In this document: positions 1 to 13,683 of the stretch, in pieces
Position numbering within the stretch: position 1 is the first letter of the stretch
Layout of the letters: every line of letters starts with the position of its first letter
Assembly: GCF_009914755.1 (NCBI RefSeq)
Contig: NC_060930.1
Direction: 5' to 3' (one strand)
Source of the DNA: the human T2T-CHM13v2.0 reference genome, Homo sapiens
DNA length: 64,000 nt
Translations under genes and position numbers: made by a program
Notes under the pieces: generated by a model
What the model saw: the letters and a program-made list of their open reading frames with translations, nothing else
Databases searched by the model: none
Told to the model about the DNA's origin: nothing

Positions 1-1042
1 TCACAAGCATAAGTAAAGCATATTTTAAACTGAATGATAATAAAATTGCAACATTTAAAAACTGGGGCAATACTGATGAAATATTTAGAGAAAAATTTAT
101 AATCTTAAAGACTTTTAGTAGAGAGAAAGAAATGTTTACTATCAGCTATCAAGTTTTCACCTTAAGAAGCTAGAGGAAAAAAAGCAAATTAAACTCACAT
201 AAGCATAAAAGTACAAATAATGAATCTAAGAGCAGAAATCAATGACATAGGTCAGAAAAACAATAGTCTAAGTGAACAAAGCTAAAAGTTATTTTAATGA
301 AAAGATTAATAAAATAGAAAAGTGCCTTGATACACTGATTTGGAAAAAAGAGAGACAGAATACAAATTAACAATATCATAAATAAAAGATTTACTACAAA
401 ACATATTATAGGTATTAATAAACACAAGATTTTTTTTAACATGTCAACAAATCATGTCAACAAAATCAACAATTATGATGTTGTATGAACTCCCCAAAAA
501 ACACAACTTACTGGAACTGACACAAGAAGAAATTTTTGAAGAAAACTATATAACTGTATATCTGTTAAAGAAATGACTTTACTATAAGTCATTATAAAAT
601 GTCCCACAAAAAATTCTAAGCCCTGGTGGTTTTCCTGGTAAATTCTATCAAACATTAGGAAAACTAATATCAATCATACACAAACACTTCCAGAAAGCAG
701 ATGATAGAATAAACTTCAAAATTTATTTTATGTGGTCTGCATCATTCTGATACAAAACAAAAAAGAAGCATTACAATAAAGGTACAGAACAATAATTATT
801 ATGGATACAAATGCAGAAACTTTTCATAACATATCAGCAAATTGAATTCATCAATATATAAAAAGAAGATAAAATAAAGTAAGAGGATCAGGTAGTATAA
901 TTCATTGCATGACTGGAATGACGGAGAACAAAAACATACAATCTTTTTAATAGGTGCAGAAAATTCACTTGGCAAAGTTCAACATTTCCTAATGAAAAGT
1001 ACAAATAAAAGAGTACTCCCTGAATTCGATAAAGGGCATCTA

Positions 1043-1075
<33 letters not shown>

Positions 1076-1355
1076 ACTAATGCTAACATCTTACTTAATG
1101 GTAAAGTATGGTATGGTTTCCTTCAAAGATTGGGAGGAAGGCAAGTATAGTCACTCAACTTTTATTCAACAGGGTACTGGAAGTTCTAGCCCACGCTATA
1201 GGGCAAGGGGAAGAAATTAAGAGACTGAAAAGACAAAAACAAACTGTCTTTTTCACAGCTGATATATCATATGTGATACCTAGAAACTCATAAGGAATCT
1301 TCATAAAACTACTAGAACTAATAAATAAATTACTCAGAATTATTGGATACCAGGT
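1..1355 (+). mobile_element. Old L1 (L1M) ORF2 fragment, degenerate
   Basis: A-rich L1 ORF2-like blocks (ccttaagaagctagagg; ctaagagcagaaatcaatga; ttattcaacagggtactggaagttctagcc; aaactactagaactaataaat); no long ORF; (AAAAC)n at ~1046-1076. Confidence 0.85.
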
Positions 1356-1439
1356 AATGTCCTCATCCCTACATGTAAGAATTGACTCTTCCCTTGGGGT
1401 GCCATAACTCTCATCATGGTCTCTGTGACATTCCATACC

Positions 1440-1580
1440 CTTTTTTCCCATATGTCTTTCCTCTTCTATGAACTCTTTGAAGGGAGCATCTATGTTTTAT
1501 TAGGCTTTGCTTTTCTTGGACTTGGCATAATTTCTCCCTCAGGGAGACACTTAATAAATGTTTATTTTAAGAACAAATAG
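1440..1580 (+). mobile_element. L2 3' end remnant
   Basis: Ends in gacacttaataaatgtttattttaagaacaaat, resembling the L2 3' terminus. Confidence 0.5.
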
Positions 1581-1650
1581 GTAAGTTAATCTGCCACTTA
1601 ACTGTGCCTGATGCCTTTGCAAGTAATTTTTACAATTACACTTTGAGTAG

Positions 1651-2209
1651 AGTTAAAAACAAAAAATGTCAACAAATGTAGTATAAACATCTGATTGTCA
1701 TTATTAATAATTCATGAATTAGGCATCTTCCCACCTAAATAAAATGTGGTCTGTTGGGCATGTCAGAAAAGTTGGTTTTTGAAGGTAGGTTGAGGAGGAA
1801 CAAGGAAACAGAATAATACCAAAAAAATGGATTAGTTAACATTAGCTTGCTTCAGTGACTTTCCTCGCAAGGGATAAAGCAGAGGGGACTTCCTTTTCAT
1901 GTTGGTTCAGGTTGAGTAGGCCCTTTCTGATTGGTTGTTGGGAATCACCTGATTTTAGGAAAAAAAAAAAAAAAAGGTCTTTTTGGGGATTTTCCTGCTT
2001 TCTTTCTTTCTTTCTTTTTTTAATACTTTAAGTCCTGGGATACATGTGCAGAACATGCATGTTTGTTACGTAGGTATACATGTGCCATGGTAAAGTTATA
2101 GTTTGATTGCATGGCACTTAGCTTAAGAAACTTGATTTTGATTTGGTCTACTGATGCCTAGCATAGTAGCTCAGTTCACAACAATGACTTCTTATAATTT
2201 TATTGAACA
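1651..2209 (-). mobile_element. ERV1 (MER4-group, MER93/MER65/MER67-like) solo LTR inserted in a MIR
   Basis: Minus strand starts TGTTCAATAAAATTATAAGAAAGTCATTGTTGTGAACTGAGCTACTATGCTAGGC..AGACCAAATCAAAAT, resembling MER4-group LTR 5' ends; MIR-like halves at ~1600-1650 and ~2210-2345; exact subfamily uncertain. Confidence 0.6.
1998..2091 (-). mobile_element. Very short L1PA 3' end (~95 bp) nested in the LTR
   Basis: (TTTC)n tail then tactttaagtcctgggatacatgtgcagaacatgcatgtttgttacgtaggtatacatgtgccatggt, the reverse complement of the L1PA 3' terminus. Confidence 0.85.
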
Positions 2210-2340
2210 GTTTGTGTTATTACCTCAATTTTTTGAAGAAGATCTTGAAGCTAAAAATGGATTTTCAACTAAAAGTTCATCAATTAGCTTGGAATTAACA
2301 AAATGAAAGCTTCCTGATTTAAGGGTATTTCTCTTTCTGC

Positions 2341-2431
2341 TATAAGTTGTTGCCTAAATCAATAGATTGCTCTGTTGTCTTTTATATTATAAGCTGCTGC
2401 CTAAATCAATAGATTGCCTTGTTGTACTTTT
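2341..2431. repeat. Imperfect tandem duplication, period 47
   Basis: tataagttgttgcctaaatcaatagattgc at 2341 and tataagctgctgcctaaatcaatagattgc at 2388. Confidence 0.9.
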
Positions 2432-3347
2432 GAAATTAGTTTACATCTGTTTTTAATTATGAAATAAATTTTCTCTGAAAAAAAAAAGGAGGAAACCTTA
2501 GTAATGAATAGGCAGCTTCTCCATCAGCAGACCCAGCTTTGTTTCTTGCTAGGCTCGCTATTCCTTATAGGTCATCATGTCCACAAATAACCTGATAAGT
2601 TTTTCTATTCTCCACATACCTGGGAACATACCTTGAGATTTCACTACAAATATTTGTTTTAAATTGTCCACTAACCTCCTTAAAGCTCATTATTTTTAAT
2701 ACAATTCTAATACAAGCTTTAAACTCCGTAATATTTTTGCCAATTTTCTTATTTTATTACTGATATAGGAAGAGATCCCTTTTATACCTTATTTGAGTAT
2801 TTGTTTTATTTAAAGGCAACAGAATGTGAACCTGCAACCTCTTCCTCATTCTCTTCTACTCTGTGGATTCCCCTGCTTTTCGCAAGAAGTAGTTTGATAA
2901 ATCATGCCATGGAACTATATTAGATATTCTCTCCACATAATTATTTAGTTACTCTGTTCTGCCTTTAGACTATCTTAGAACACATTTATGAATAATTCCT
3001 AATTAGTTATTTTTATAGACGTATTAGATATTTTCATTGGGCAGAAATATTGTAGGAAACTAAATACAGTTCAACCAGATTGTCTCTTTTAAATCATGTA
3101 TTTGTATGGCATCATCACCAATCCACATACACACACTTAAATAATTTTCAGATAATTTAGACCTTTTGCCTTCAGCATTACAGCTCCCCATAGATTACTG
3201 TCTAATTTCACAGATAGTTAAGCCCCAACATTGAATCCTGTGCACCTTTGGCTAAACAGAAATCGGTGGGTATCTAATAATTAGAAACTAAAGGGCTTCA
3301 ACCCCAGCATTGATTCGTTTTCTTATTATTTCTCTGAGCCTGTGAAA

Positions 3348-3402
3348 GCATTTGATTTTTGTTTCTGGGTTGCATTTGATTTTTGTTTCTGGGTTACATT
3401 TG
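3348..3402. repeat. 24-bp tandem repeat, ~2.3 copies
   Basis: gcatttgatttttgtttctgggtt twice (perfect), then acatttg. Confidence 0.95.
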
Positions 3403-4197
3403 CTTATAGAAAATGGAACTGTCTTTCCCTTTATGAAAATAGACCCTATCCAATTCTGCAGTTGCTTGGTATATGCCTAAATGAGACAGAAGCTTCACTC
3501 ATAGCTCAGGCATTTTATTTCAACTTTTATTGTTTTTTCATATCATAGTAACCAACATGTATTTTATGTTTCCCCTATTGCTGCATTCAACAGTCAAAAG
3601 TCTTTAAAACTATATATATTTAGATCTTAGCACAGTGGTGGTATTGAAGGCCATTAAAGCATTCAAAAAAATAATGCTTAGCAATGGGAACATTGGGCTG
3701 AGAAATAGAGACAAGTAGGATTCTCTCACCTTGTATGAAATAATCTAAATTGCCTGTTAGGGCCAGAGAAAGAGATTTCTGCTGTAAATTTCACTTGTCT
3801 CTCCATTGATCAGGAATAAAATTCATTAAATATCAGTAATTTTTACTAGAATTTTATTTGTTTTTAGCTTTTTAGTGACTAGTCTTCCAGGTTTTCCTAT
3901 TTTTTTCCAGGTTTTCACTTTAGTACTTTTTGTCAATCAATGTCAAGAAAAATAACTAAATAGGAAAAAACTAAGGTGACAAAAGAATAGAATAATAACA
4001 AAAAAATAAATAAACATATTCAGTATTATAGGGGATGGACATCAATAATTGATATAGTGATACAAATTGGTAAATAAGAGTTAAGTTAGGCAAAAAAATG
4101 TCATTTTTAAAAGACATTTGAGGTGAGGAGTTAGGACATAAAATATTGAGAAGATGAGAGGAGGAGACGACAGATTTTACCTCTGAAAATTGGCATA

Positions 4198-4562
4198 CAG
4201 TCATGCACTGCAGAAGGACATTGCAGTCAAAGACTAACCACATATACCACAGTGGTCCCAGAAGATTACAATACTGTATTTTTACTTTATCTTTCCTATG
4301 TTTAGATATTAATTATATCTAAATGATACACAAATATGTACTATTGTGTTCCATTGCCTGCGGTGTTCAGTACAGCAACATGCTGTACAGGTTTGTCGCA
4401 TGTTATAAAAATAAGCAATACCATCTATTCTTGGTATGTAGTAAGCTGTATGTACCTCCTAGTAGGTTTGTGTAAGTATACTGTATGATGTTTGCAAAGT
4501 GATGAAGTTGCCTAATGACACATTTCTTATATGTATCCTTGCTGTTAAGTGGCATGTGACTG
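4198..4562 (+). mobile_element. Tigger3a (MER7A) DNA transposon, full length
   Basis: Termini cagtcatg...gtgactg flanked by TA; internal ggtcccagaagattacaatactgtattttt and cagtacagcaacatgctgtacaggtttg match Tigger3a. Confidence 0.9.
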
Positions 4563-5677
4563 TATTTTAAGTTAAGGGATGCATGGATATATTTGTGAAC
4601 TCAGAAGGTTATGAGCAGAGTGGATGAGGGTTCCTTGAGGGAAGAAGAGTCAATGATGGAAGCAAAATGAAAGAGAGAATCACTTAATACATGTGATGAA
4701 GAAATACCAGCTCTAGTTTACAAGACAAATTGTGTTGCCTCTCTGGGGAAAGAGCAGCTGCTCCTTCCTCTTTTAAATTTGGCTTATATAGTACTTTGTA
4801 TAGCAAATTTAATTTACAGCATTGCTAGCATTACTTTGTGGGGATGAGTTCTTCTAACATACTCTAAATAATGAGCTCTCTTCTTGATAAGATTTAACAT
4901 TTGCTTATCTAACTAACATAAAGATTGTTGTCCATATAAAGTAAATACAAGTCGGGACTTGAACATTGGCCAATAAACAAATTTACCACCACCACCAACT
5001 CCACATTTCTTCAAAAAGCTTAATATATCCAGTTTCCAGCTCAGTATTAACAATGGAAAATTTTAAGTTAAATACTGGTATAAAACATGAATCATGCGTG
5101 CTATTTTTAAAAAGATTATCTTTGGTGCTGGAGTATTTGGATACTATGTTTAGAAATAGGACTGTTGTGCTCTCTGGTTATACATTGAAGAAGCTGAGCT
5201 TTTTGGAAATCAATATTCAAACTTAGAGCTTATCCTTTCCTAAAAAAAGAAACAAACATAAGGATAAATGACCATCTTCTTTCAGAAACTTAGTCTTGCT
5301 AATGTTAATGAAGGCATTAATTCTCTATACAGCAAATAAATTTACAATGTGAAATGGAGGCTTTTCTCTCAACTATGTTAAGATTCTTTTAATACACTGT
5401 TCATCTGTGATACCTTTATTCCAGATTATGCCAGAATTATGTCTTCAGTAGTAAATTCATATGTAAAATAATTTGCACACACAATTGTTCCAGACCTGGA
5501 TAAAATGAGTGATGACAATTTTATTATCGCTACTTATGAACCCCTTCACCTTTTCCATCACCTTAATACCCTGTGTCTTCCTGATGAGTACTTCACTTTC
5601 CAGACTTATGCCACTATCTTGCACACCTGGGTAAGGTGATTAATCATATGAACATAATTAGAAACAGAAGGACAGAT

Positions 5678-5907
5678 ATAGGTATATCTTGGGTATGGCT
5701 GTGTGTGTATGTATGTACATATATGTGTATATATGTATACACACACATGCACACACATATATTTGTATATACACACAGGTATATGTAAATACACATATGT
5801 ATTTACATGTAAATATACCTGTGTGTATATACAAATAGATATGTATATATACAGATATACATATATGTATGTACATACACATACAGCTATTCCCAAGATA
5901 TAGCTAT
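5678..5907. repeat. ~230-bp imperfect palindrome built on (TA/TG/CA)n
   Basis: Outer arms ataggtatatcttgggtatggctgt / acagctattcccaagatatagctat; inner 23-bp perfect arms atttgtatatacacacaggtata / tatacctgtgtgtatatacaaat. Confidence 0.9.
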
Positions 5908-6289
5908 TTCTATTTCTCTCCTGCTCACAAAGAGAAACAATTATGCTGTGTTCAACAGTTTCAGCCTAAATTATGCAAAATGTTTAAAGAAAGATAAAGA
6001 CTTGCAAAGTTTAAATTTACTGGGTAGATAGCAGTTACATTTTAACAACTATCTCCAGGGTATGAATCCACTGACATAATTTTAATAACCCTACATCAAA
6101 GGCCAATGGGCTGTTTTTGTTACCATTAGACTTTTCTCAGATTCAGCTCCTTGGACTCTTCCAGAACCCTTATTATAGTTGTGGAAATCTCTTAAGACCT
6201 AAATACATATTAATGGCCATTCTTTAGGATGTATCAGAGTCACTATGTGAGTAAAATCTGTTCTTAATCAGGAAAGGCTCTACTTACTC

Positions 6290-6545
6290 AGGAAAGTTCG
6301 ATAATTGCCTAGGATAAATGCAAGTAATTTGGAGGGAGAGGTGGAATAGCATGGACAAAGGTACAGAGATTAAAGAAAGAGGAACCAGGACAACAAAACA
6401 AGCAAGTTTGTCAAGTCAGATAGATTGTATATAAGGGAAGAAATATATTACTATTTGAATTTGAAGGAGGGAGGTGGAAGAGAGACGTTGAAGAAATCTT
6501 GAAATCCCTTACCAAGGATTTGCCCTCTTTACCATTTCAAGGCAC
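6290..6545 (-). mobile_element. Degenerate L2 fragment
   Basis: ggagggagaggtggaatagcatggacaaaggtacagag and gaaatcttgaaatcccttaccaaggatttg resemble reverse-strand L2. Confidence 0.4.
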
Positions 6546-6817
6546 CTTATGTGCTTGTGGTGCACTATTTGTAAATGTTATAATCACCCTTAGATAGATG
6601 CCAATGGAAAGATCTACTGGCAAGAAAGGGAGGAAAGAACAGCTATTTTTAAATCATTATTTCTATTCTGAAAATTTGGTTGACCTTTCTTCCTGCTATG
6701 AATGCTTACATAGTTTTATATAACCATTGTATTTGTAGCAAAATGGAATGATAAAACATAGCTTATGATTTGTTATAATAAAAAGAGCTGTGAGTCCTAC
6801 TGTTTATGTAGGACAAG

Positions 6818-6857
6818 TGCTGTGGCAGGGACACTGCCTGCTGTGGCAGTGACATTG
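6818..6857. repeat. 21-bp tandem duplication
   Basis: tgctgtggcagggacactgcc followed by tgctgtggcagtgacattg. Confidence 0.85.
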
Positions 6858-8596
6858 GAAGAAAGCAATGCAATGGGGCAAAAACATAACAAAACTATTC
6901 AGAGCCTCTACAGCCTTTTATAATGAGATGTTGCATAAACAAGGAAATAAGGGGACAGGAGAGGTTCTCTCATATTCTATTATAAATATTGATGGTAGTT
7001 TGTGATGAGTGGTAGGGCATATGGAAAAAAGATAAAACAGGAAATGAAATCAGCTTTAATTTCAACAGGCCAGACCTCTGGAATTAAATATCAAAAGATA
7101 AGATTCCAGTTGGGTGAACGCTTTTGGATTTTGTTTATAAAGAAAGAAAAGCCTTTTAAAATGTGAAGACAAGCAGCTTAACATTTTTTTTTCATCTAAC
7201 TTCCCTCCTTATAAATTGTGACTGTGGAGATTTGAGTCCTATTATTCTATAAATATGGGAATTATGATTATATGTGAAATTATGAGTTTGTAAAATTTTA
7301 CTGACACTTCAGAAACCACTGTTTCAATCAAAATATGTGTTAAAGATCCCAATGAAATGAACATTGAACATGCAAACTAATTTGCAATACCTTGCATTAC
7401 CCAACACATAGACTGTGATTTTATACATATTATTTTATTGCTATGATTGTTATCAATGTATAGCTGGGAAATTTGACTTAATTAGATCAATGCCCTAATT
7501 ATGAACACTAAGCAAGTGAGTAGCATGTTGAGTCTGATATCCCTTCAACATCACTATACCATTCAGAACGAATTTATAGTAAGAATCCAGAATGGATTTT
7601 ATCAAATTCAGAGAGATAAAGAGACAGCTAAGGGAGGAAGGGGTATATGAGAATGTCAGTTAACTTTAGAGATAGTAGAGAAAATCTACAGTGAAACAGT
7701 TATAATCAGCTAAGGGCTGCCATGTTAGTACTTAAAATATATTGAGCAAATTAAGCTTCTGTTTGAGTTGTTTTCAAGTCAATAATCACTTAGCTGTTGT
7801 TCTCCATACAAACAGCTCAGTTACACTCAGCAAGCTTAACATGTGGAAAGATTGACAAATGGTAACAGTAGCAGTCAATCAAAGGCAAATCTGTCAAATA
7901 AAGAAGGAATTGTTTCCAAAATCAGAAGATCAAAAAGACAAGGCTCTCAGAGGAAGGAGATTACTGACCATGGCAACAGCCACACAAATATTTTATTGTA
8001 TTTGCTTTCCAACTTTATAAGATTTTAATGAGCTGTGGAAAAACAATAGGTTTAGATTACACTATATTGAAACTACCTTCAGCAGCTGTCTCTGGCCTTG
8101 AATGGCATTTAATTTCACAATAAAATATTTCAAGGAATATGAGCACATGCATGAAACTGCTGATTTTGAAAATGCCAATCAAACTAGCATAGTTGTCATT
8201 TTTTAATGCCTATGAAACGTATTTATCTAAATAGTATAAGGAAAACAACTTTTTTTCAGGCAATCAGAGCTCCTTTATGAGAAAAATAAGCTGTAAAAAA
8301 ACAGTCAATAATTGGGAATGCTAAAAGTATTTTTATGGCAGCATGTTTCCCGAAACTAATTTAAAAAGCAAATAATATTAATAAAAACATTGTGTCATTT
8401 TATTCTGCTGTATCCTATCTGACAAATAACATAGTAAATGTTTTTAGAATTAAAAAAATGAGAAAGTAAAATATCCTGCCCTATTTTTGGAAACAGACCA
8501 ATGACTTTCCTTGTTAAAAGCACATTTATTTTCATGAATCTTATTAAATGTCCTCCGGCCCAGTTCTAAAATAACCACTATCATGATTATATTTCT

Positions 8597-9762
8597 TTCT
8601 TTCTTTCTTTCTTTTTATACTTTAAGTTCTAGGGTACATGTGCACAACGTGCAGGTTTGTTACATATGTATACATGTGCCATGTTGGTGTGCTGCACCCA
8701 TTAACTCGTCATTTACATTAGGTATATCTCCTAATGCTATCCCTCCCTGGTCCCCCAACCCCATGACAAGCCGTGGTGTGTGATGTTCCTCTTCCTGTGT
8801 CCAAGTGTTCTCATTGTTCAGTTCCCACCTATGAGTGAGAATATGCGGTGTTTGGTTTTTTGTCCTTGTGATAGTTCGCTGAGAATGATGGTTTCCAGCT
8901 TCATCCATGTCCCTACAAAGGACATGAACTCATCCTTTTTTATGGCTGCATAGTATTCCACGGTGTGTATGTACCACATTTTCTTAATCCAGTCTATCAT
9001 TGATGGACACTTGGGATGGTTCCAAGTCTGTGCTATTGTGAATAGTGCCGCAATAAACATATGTGTGCATGTGTCTTTATAGCAGCATGATTTATATTCC
9101 TTTGGGTATATATCCAGTAATGGGATGGCTGGGTCAAATGGTATTTCTAGTTCTAGATCCTTGAGGAATCACCACACTGTTTTCCACAATGGTTGAAATA
9201 GTTTACATTCCCACCAACAGTGTAAAAGTGTTTCTAATTCTCCACATCCTCTCCAGCACCTGTTGTTTCCTGACTTTTTAATTATCTCCATTCTGGTGTG
9301 AGATGGTATCTCATTGTGGTTTTGATTTGCATTTCTCTGATGGCCAGTGATGATGAGCATTTTTTCATGTGTCTGTTGGTTGCATAAATGTCTTCTTTTG
9401 AGAAGTGTCTGTTCATATCTTTGCCCACTTTTTGATGGGGTTGTTTGTTTTTTTCTTGTAGATTTGTTTGAGTTCTTTGTTGACTCTGGATATTAGCCCT
9501 TTGTCAGATGAGTAGATTTCAAAAATGTTCTCCCATTCTGTAGGTTGCCTGTTCACTCTGATGATAGTTTCTTTTGCTGTGCAGAAACTCTTTAGTTTAA
9601 TTAGATCCCATTTGTCAATTTTGGCTTTTGTTGCCATTACTTTTGGTGTTTTAGACATGAAGTCCTTGCCCATGCCTATGTCCTGAATGCTATTGCCTAG
9701 GTTTTCTTCTAGAGTTTTTGTGGCTTTAAGTCTAACATTTAAGTCTTTAATTCATCTTGAAT
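8597..9762 (-). mobile_element. 5'-truncated L1PA (about L1PA3-5), 3' UTR plus ORF2 C-terminus
   Basis: High identity to the primate L1 3' end; ORF2 peptides in the track ([29 protein letters not shown]; MFIAALFTIA..WIKKMW); perfect 13-bp TSD tgattatatttct at 8584-8596 and 9763-9775; TT/AGAA endonuclease site; tail converted to (GAAA)n. Confidence 0.97.
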
Positions 9763-10239
9763 TGATTATATTTCTAATATGCTAAAGAATAATATTAGTT
9801 CCTGTTTTAGAAAGAGAGAATACTGCAGTTTTGAGTTAATTCCATTAGTCTACATTAACAAAATAAAAAGATTATTAAGTAGAGTATTTATATATGTATT
9901 TTAATATATGTTATAATGGCTTCCATAATTTCAGGAAGATATAAACATAATTATAAAGTTAGATTGAGTATTTGTGCTGTTTTACAATACCTATCTTTTC
10001 AGAATAATCAAGGTTGTTAATGAATTTTTGAAGTTTAAATAATGAAATACATTTATACCCATATTCCTTAAAGATCTTTCTAAATCATTGGAACAATAAA
10101 AATCAGTTAATTTTGACAAACTTTAAGGAGTATTGATTCTTATGGAAGAAAGCAACATGAAAATCTTAAGGGAAACAAACATATTTTTGCATGAAAATTC
10201 AGTATCTTAAGGGACAAGAGGAGGACTAATTAATTTTGG

Positions 10240-10480
10240 GTTTATTATGTACTTAGATGAGATTCTATGCCAATTTATTTACCCAATTTATTTCACGTAA
10301 TAGTCGCAAACACCCTACCAGGTCAGAATATTTTTTCTGTTTTTCAGATGAAGAAACTGAAGTGCAAAAAGATAAGGTTACTTGTTCAAGGTCCAACAGC
10401 TAAAAAGCACTAGAGTTCATGCTTACTTAATCTTAGTTCATTCTGACTCCAATTTCTGTTGTCTTCCTAGTACACTATAG
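10240..10480 (-). mobile_element. MIR SINE
   Basis: Core ttttcagatgaagaaactgaagtgc...cttgttcaaggtccaacagcta. Confidence 0.8.
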
Positions 10481-10679
10481 TATATTTCTCACCTTAAAAA
10501 TTATGTAGGCATCTGGCAAATTTGGAAGCTGCATCACTTTTTTCACCATATAAAAGTGGTGAAAATTCCTTGGTCAGAAATACAATTTTTTTCATGTAAC
10601 AGTTCATGTAATTCTAATTATTTCTTTTTCTCATACTTTTCACAAAAAACAAGGCAAATATATCACACAAGGTGTTTTA

Positions 10680-13400
10680 TTAAGAACAAGGAAACATTCT
10701 AGAAAAGTTAAAAAGTAATCCATTTCACTTCCAAAAAAATACTAGAAAGATGTTAAATACAAATAAAAGGAGAAATACAGTAAAGATAAGCAAAGAAGTC
10801 ATGAAATTAACAATACAAACAACAACTATAAAAATATAGATTATGAATTAACACAAAGCTAGTTCTTTGAAAATATTATTAAAATTCTAAAACTTTAGTC
10901 TAACTGATGATAATAAGGCAAAAGACAGAATTTATCAATACTAGAAATAAGGAATATCAGTTCAGATAATAAAATAAAGGAATGATATATATTTTATATT
11001 AATAAATTAGGTAATATAGATGAAATTGTCAGATTATTTGAAAGATACAAAATATCAAAGCTCCCTGAAGACCAACTAGATAAATTAATAGCCCAGTGTC
11101 TATTCAGAAAATGGAATGTGTAGATAAAAACCTTTCCACAGGAAAAACTCAAAGTCCAGGTAGCTTTCTTTTAGAAATTTATCTAATGTCTAAGAAGGAA
11201 ATAATATCAATTCTATAGAACTTTTCCTAGCAAATATAAGAAAAAAGAATCTTACCACTCATTTTATGAAGCCAGCATTGCATTGATGCAACAACTAGAC
11301 AAAACTTAACAGGAAAAAAATATACACCAACCCCATTTCTCAACATAAATGCAAAATCCCCTAACACAATATTAACAAATTGAATCTGGCAATACATAAA
11401 AAGAATGATACATCATGATGAAGTGGAATTTACTTCAGGAATGCAAGTTTAGTTTACTACCTAAAAACAATTAATCAAATAACCATATTCAGAGGGTAGA
11501 TTAAAAAAAGAAAAGCCATACTATCATCTCAATAAAGGCATTCAACAAAATTTAGCACTTATTCTTGATAAAAACGAAATAGGAGAAACTTTTCTCAACC
11601 TGATGAAGTAAAGTTGTAAAAAAATCTTGTGCTAACATCATATGTATGGTGAAAGATTCAATCATTTACCCCTAAATCTGGGAAGGATGTAGGGAGGTCA
11701 ACTCACATCACTTCCATTCCAAACTACACTGGAAACCCAAACAAATACCATAATGCAAGAAAAAGAAATACAAAAGATATAGATTGGAAAAAATAAATCA
11801 TTATTTGTTTGCAAATGGCATGACAGACTCTGTAAAATTACAAGGAAGATTATAAAAATGTCAATAAAAATAGGTGAATTTAACAAGATTGCACAATAGA
11901 AGGTGCATACCCAAAAATAAATCTATGTAACAGCAACACACAATTTCAAATAGAGACAGAGCATACTAACATTCACAACAGCATCAAAATTGCATCAAAA
12001 ATGTAAAATACTAAGTCATAAATTTAATGAAATACGTATAAACATCTATACTGAAACCTGCAAAATGTTACATAGAGAAATCAATGAAGATTTAAATTAA
12101 ATGACTGATACACAATGTTCATGGATCAGAAGACTCAGTATATCTGAGATGTCAACTATCAAGTCAAAGGAATCCAAGTACATATATATATTGAACCTTT
12201 ATCTAGAATATATACCTAACAACACATACATAAGTTAACTAGAAATAGATCATGACTCCAAATATAAAATAAAAAGCTATAAAATTATTAAGCTCTAGAA
12301 GAAAATACAGTGGGAAATCTAGTAACTGTGGGTAGGCAAATATGATTTAAATTGGACCCAACACATGTCATAAGAGAAAAAATGGACAAATTCAACTTCA
12401 TAAAAATTAAAAACTTTTTTCTTCAAAATATTTGTTTAAAAATAAACTGCAAACTCATAGTCTAGAAGATTATCGCAAAACTTGTAAGACAAAAGTTATG
12501 TATACAGAATCTATAAATAAATCTTGTAAATTTACAGGAAACCAAACAACCTCATTGAAAAATAAACAAACAATTTGAACAGAGAATTTACTAAAGAAGA
12601 TATGCTGATAACCAATGAGCACATAAAAAGACATATAATATCATTAATCACTGGAAAACACAAATTGACACTATAATGATATACTGTTACACATACTCTT
12701 AGAAAGGGTAAAATTAGAAAGACTGACTATACCAAGTGTTGGTGAAAAAGTAGAGTAATTTTAACTCATGCACTGTCAGTGAGAATGTAAAATATTACAA
12801 ACACTTGGTAAAACATTTTGGAAATTTCTTATACAGTTACAATATATTTGTCATATAACCAGTAGTTTCACTGTCGGGTATTTATTAAAGAGGAATAAAA
12901 ACAAAAAAAAAAGTCCCCAAATATTTAAGGCTGCTTAATGCATAGTAGCTTCACACTGGAAAGAAACTTAATAGTCGCCAATTTGTGAAAATTGTGGTAT
13001 ATTTAAATTGTGCTATATCTGCGTTAAGCAACAATACCCAGCATTAAAAATAATTACCTACTGATACATGCAGTGACATGGATTAATAACAGGAGCAATA
13101 TACTAAAACAAATAAATGATATAGAAAACATGAGATATTTTATGTTTACATTTACATAAATGTCTAGGAAATGCAAAACTAGCAGATCATTTGCTGTCAG
13201 AGTCTGGGACATTAGGAAAGAGAATTGACTGTGAAAGGGCATGAGGTTACTTCTTAGAATGTTGGAGGTGTCTTATGCCATAATTTGATGGTGGTCACAT
13301 GAATATGTACAACTATATCTCATCAAATTTTACACTTAAAATTTGGGTGGATTTTATGGCATTTATATTATATCATAATAAAACTTATCTAATATAAAAT
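10680..13400 (+). mobile_element. Old L1 (L1MD/L1ME-type) ORF2 to 3' UTR, internally deleted
   Basis: ORF2 blocks (actcattttatgaagccagcatt; atcatctcaataaaggcattcaacaaaatttagcac; atgttcatggatcagaagactc) and an L1M 3' UTR ending tacacttaaaatttgg..tatattatatcataataaaac. Confidence 0.85.
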
Positions 13401-13683
13401 GATGTTAGCCAAGGTCACATATTTTGTAAATGGTAGAAGCAGTTCTTAAACCCAGATATGCTGCCTCTGAGTAAACTATGATATATATTTCTGAAAGTTA
13501 GTACTACTATCAAATACGAAGGTGTCCACTGAACATGGTGAACATGGGCTCTTCCAGTTGAGAGGAAAAAAGTGAATTGAAAATATCATTTTTCTCATGA
13601 TTCTCATTACAATTAATATTGTGCTATAATAATAAAAGAGGTACATACCACATAGATATGATAGGATTTATGTGAATGGGGAC

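Noticed and set aside
8583-9673. ORFs with L1 ORF2p-like peptides
   Set aside because: Frameshifted fragments of a 5'-truncated L1PA, not a gene and not retrotransposition-competent.
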